A stretch of 64,000 nt of DNA, taken from contig OZ076412.1 in the NCBI GenBank assembly GCA_964187785.1, positions 23,312,001 through 23,376,000 on the forward strand, written 5' to 3'. Numbering within the stretch: the first letter of the stretch is position 1; each line of letters begins with the position of its first letter. The position numbers were made by a program, and so were the translations under genes. Positions 62,040 to 64,000 of this stretch are shown here, piece by piece. Source of the stretch: Amphiscolops sp. MND2022 (taxonomy: Eukaryota). The notes below the pieces were generated by a model. That model did no database searches, was not told the origin of the DNA, and saw only the letters and a list, made by a program, of their open reading frames with translations.

Positions 62040-64000
62040 TGGATGCACGGCCCGCAGGACTACCACGCTGAGAATCTTTTTTCTCCCTCAACTTGTGAGC
62101 CTCACTACTGGAGCCACCGGCGGACACAGATTATTTAGGTGGAGCACTCATCCTAGGACACCACTGGAAGAGTCACGGGAAGCAAGAGCCACCACCTGAG
62201 AAGCAACTTCGAAATCAGAAGTAGGCTGCAACATGCTCGTGGGTGAAGTCGAAGAAAATACGCCCAATCCAGCACGCCAGCGCCAGTCCGATACCTGCTC
62301 CAAGTAGTAGTCATTGAAACTGTCACGCAAATCCCGATACAAGTCTTGGCGAGGGCGAAGATATTATAAACGCCAGGGCGCAAGCGGGGAATCGGACGTA
62401 AAAGCATCCCTCGTCAGTGGCTCTCCTGAAACGAAACTACCATCTGACACATAGGACTGAACTGCTCAAAAATGACGAAATCAAGACCTTCTCACGGACT
62501 GCAGACACACTGAGAGAAATCTCCATCTTCGGGTACTGAATTACTCGCGGCAAAATTCCAACGGAAACCAGAGTAGGTACCTTCAACAGACATTCCCGAC
62601 ACTCAAACAACCCGCCCTGATGGAGGAAGGAGAAACTGTACCTGATAGTTGATATCACCCACCAATTTTGCCCGCAAATCCACCAACAGAGGTTTAAACT
62701 CGTTACTGGCACCCTCGGCCTCCACAGAAGACAACCGACGCCAGATGGCGAATTAATATAACGTTATAAGATTCATCACCTTGGAGAAGCATGTCCGGGA
62801 AGAAACAACTGAGACTTGAAGCCAGCTGAGAAGTAGCACAAGGCGACGTATTCATCACCCTGAGGAATTCCATCAAGAAACCTTTTTACTCTCGAAAGAA
62901 ATTAGGTTTCAGGGTCACTACAATTGCCCAACGCTTAAGTCACTATCGGGCCACACCTCAAGGAGTCCACATATGACAAACTCGACCATGTTGCCAGCGG
63001 ACGGCAATTGTATTCACTCCAATCCTCGATACCCGGCAGCTCTGACAACTTTTTCACTTTTCCCAATAGGCTGCAGTAGAAAAAGCAAATTTCAGCATAA
63101 GTTCGGCAACCATAGTTGGTTGAACTTTCACCGCCTGCTTCTCGGAATTGGACTGGAAACATAACACGAGCATATGCAAAAGGCTCAGACGAGGCAATAC
63201 ATAAGTCTCCGAAAAAATCACTTGAGCCAAGTCGACAGGAGTTTTCCCCTGCAGAGTTGGGGTAGTCCCATTTTTCATGAAAAAGAGCTAGACGTCTTCC
63301 CAATGGTCAACTAATTCTCCTAGGACGGCATCCAGAGCAGTGAAAAAAATCTCCCGGCGTTGGACACACTGACAAAACTCCACGAGACCCAACAACCAAA
63401 GCTGATGAACAGCCTTACTGAAACGTAACACAAGGAAGTCAAAAGCTGCGAAAGAGTCCAAAAAATGGGCACCTACCATGCCCGCTTCTCGCAAGTGATC
63501 CTTGGCGACGCCAGATGAGTACTCAACAAAAAAAGTGGCACAGAGCGCTCATGAGAACGACACCACTCACTGAAGACATTGAATTGGGTCGAGGACCAAC
63601 TCAGCAATGCAACGGGAGGTTGGGTATCGGCAAGAATTGCCAGAACACGCGAGAAACAACGAATCTCAGTATCGCAAATGCCTGAAGATTTGGGGTCCCA
63701 GAGGAGGGACACATCTCGGACGTGATCACCATCTTGGCATCGAACAACGCAGCAAACTCCTCCATCCTCCTCATGAAACAATATAATGAAGAACGAATCC
63801 TTACACCAGGACTTGACTCGACGAAGCACAAGATGATACAAAGTTTGGCTGACTATCACAAAGGATTCCGTATCACTCCAAGTAGCCTCTGCATAATTAG
63901 ACTCAACAGGGACAGTAGCACGGAATTGGTTCCATAACCGACAAGGAAACTGTGCTACCCACCACTGCGAAGGAACTCGAACAGCCCACCCACCAATGTC
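62040..64000 (-). pseudogene. Paralog 4 of the antisense cargo gene, downstream of the degenerate pol; continues beyond the window
   Basis: Minus-strand fragments SFFIILFHE, LGELVDHWEDV, SCFFPDMLL and VYNIFALAKTCIGIC correspond in order to YSIEFTT, ELVKNWSTI, GCFDPHVLL and LFHLFRLCCLC of element 1. Boundaries approximate. Confidence 0.68.

Overview
Repeat-rich eukaryotic DNA, probably metazoan (short GT-AG introns; host not determinable from the sequence). No conventional host gene, RNA gene or CRISPR array is supported. The main feature is an intact 15.9 kb Ty3/gypsy LTR retrotransposon (2897-18778) with 1721-bp TG..CA LTRs, GATAG TSD, PBS, PPT and an A_AAA_AAC -1 frameshift site. It has three odd traits: Gag starts inside the LTR, a 283-aa ORF runs into the 3' LTR, and about 4 kb between pol and the 3' LTR holds an antisense five-exon gene (~1200 aa). 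That gene has a CCHH zinc finger and a body resembling a hAT transposase, but it apparently lacks the catalytic Asp. Three more diverged, decayed members of this gene family occur (24428-30896 +, 33500-34358 -, ~62040-64000 -). Where comparable they share intron positions, and one again lies antisense behind a gypsy pol. Also present: a spliced Crypton-like tyrosine recombinase gene, an isolated SGNH-hydrolase ORF, a 77-bp satellite with a 12-unit higher-order repeat, GG-ended MITEs with 8-bp TSDs, and many long palindromes with 1-nt loops. All exon models and family assignments were made by eye, without alignment tools.
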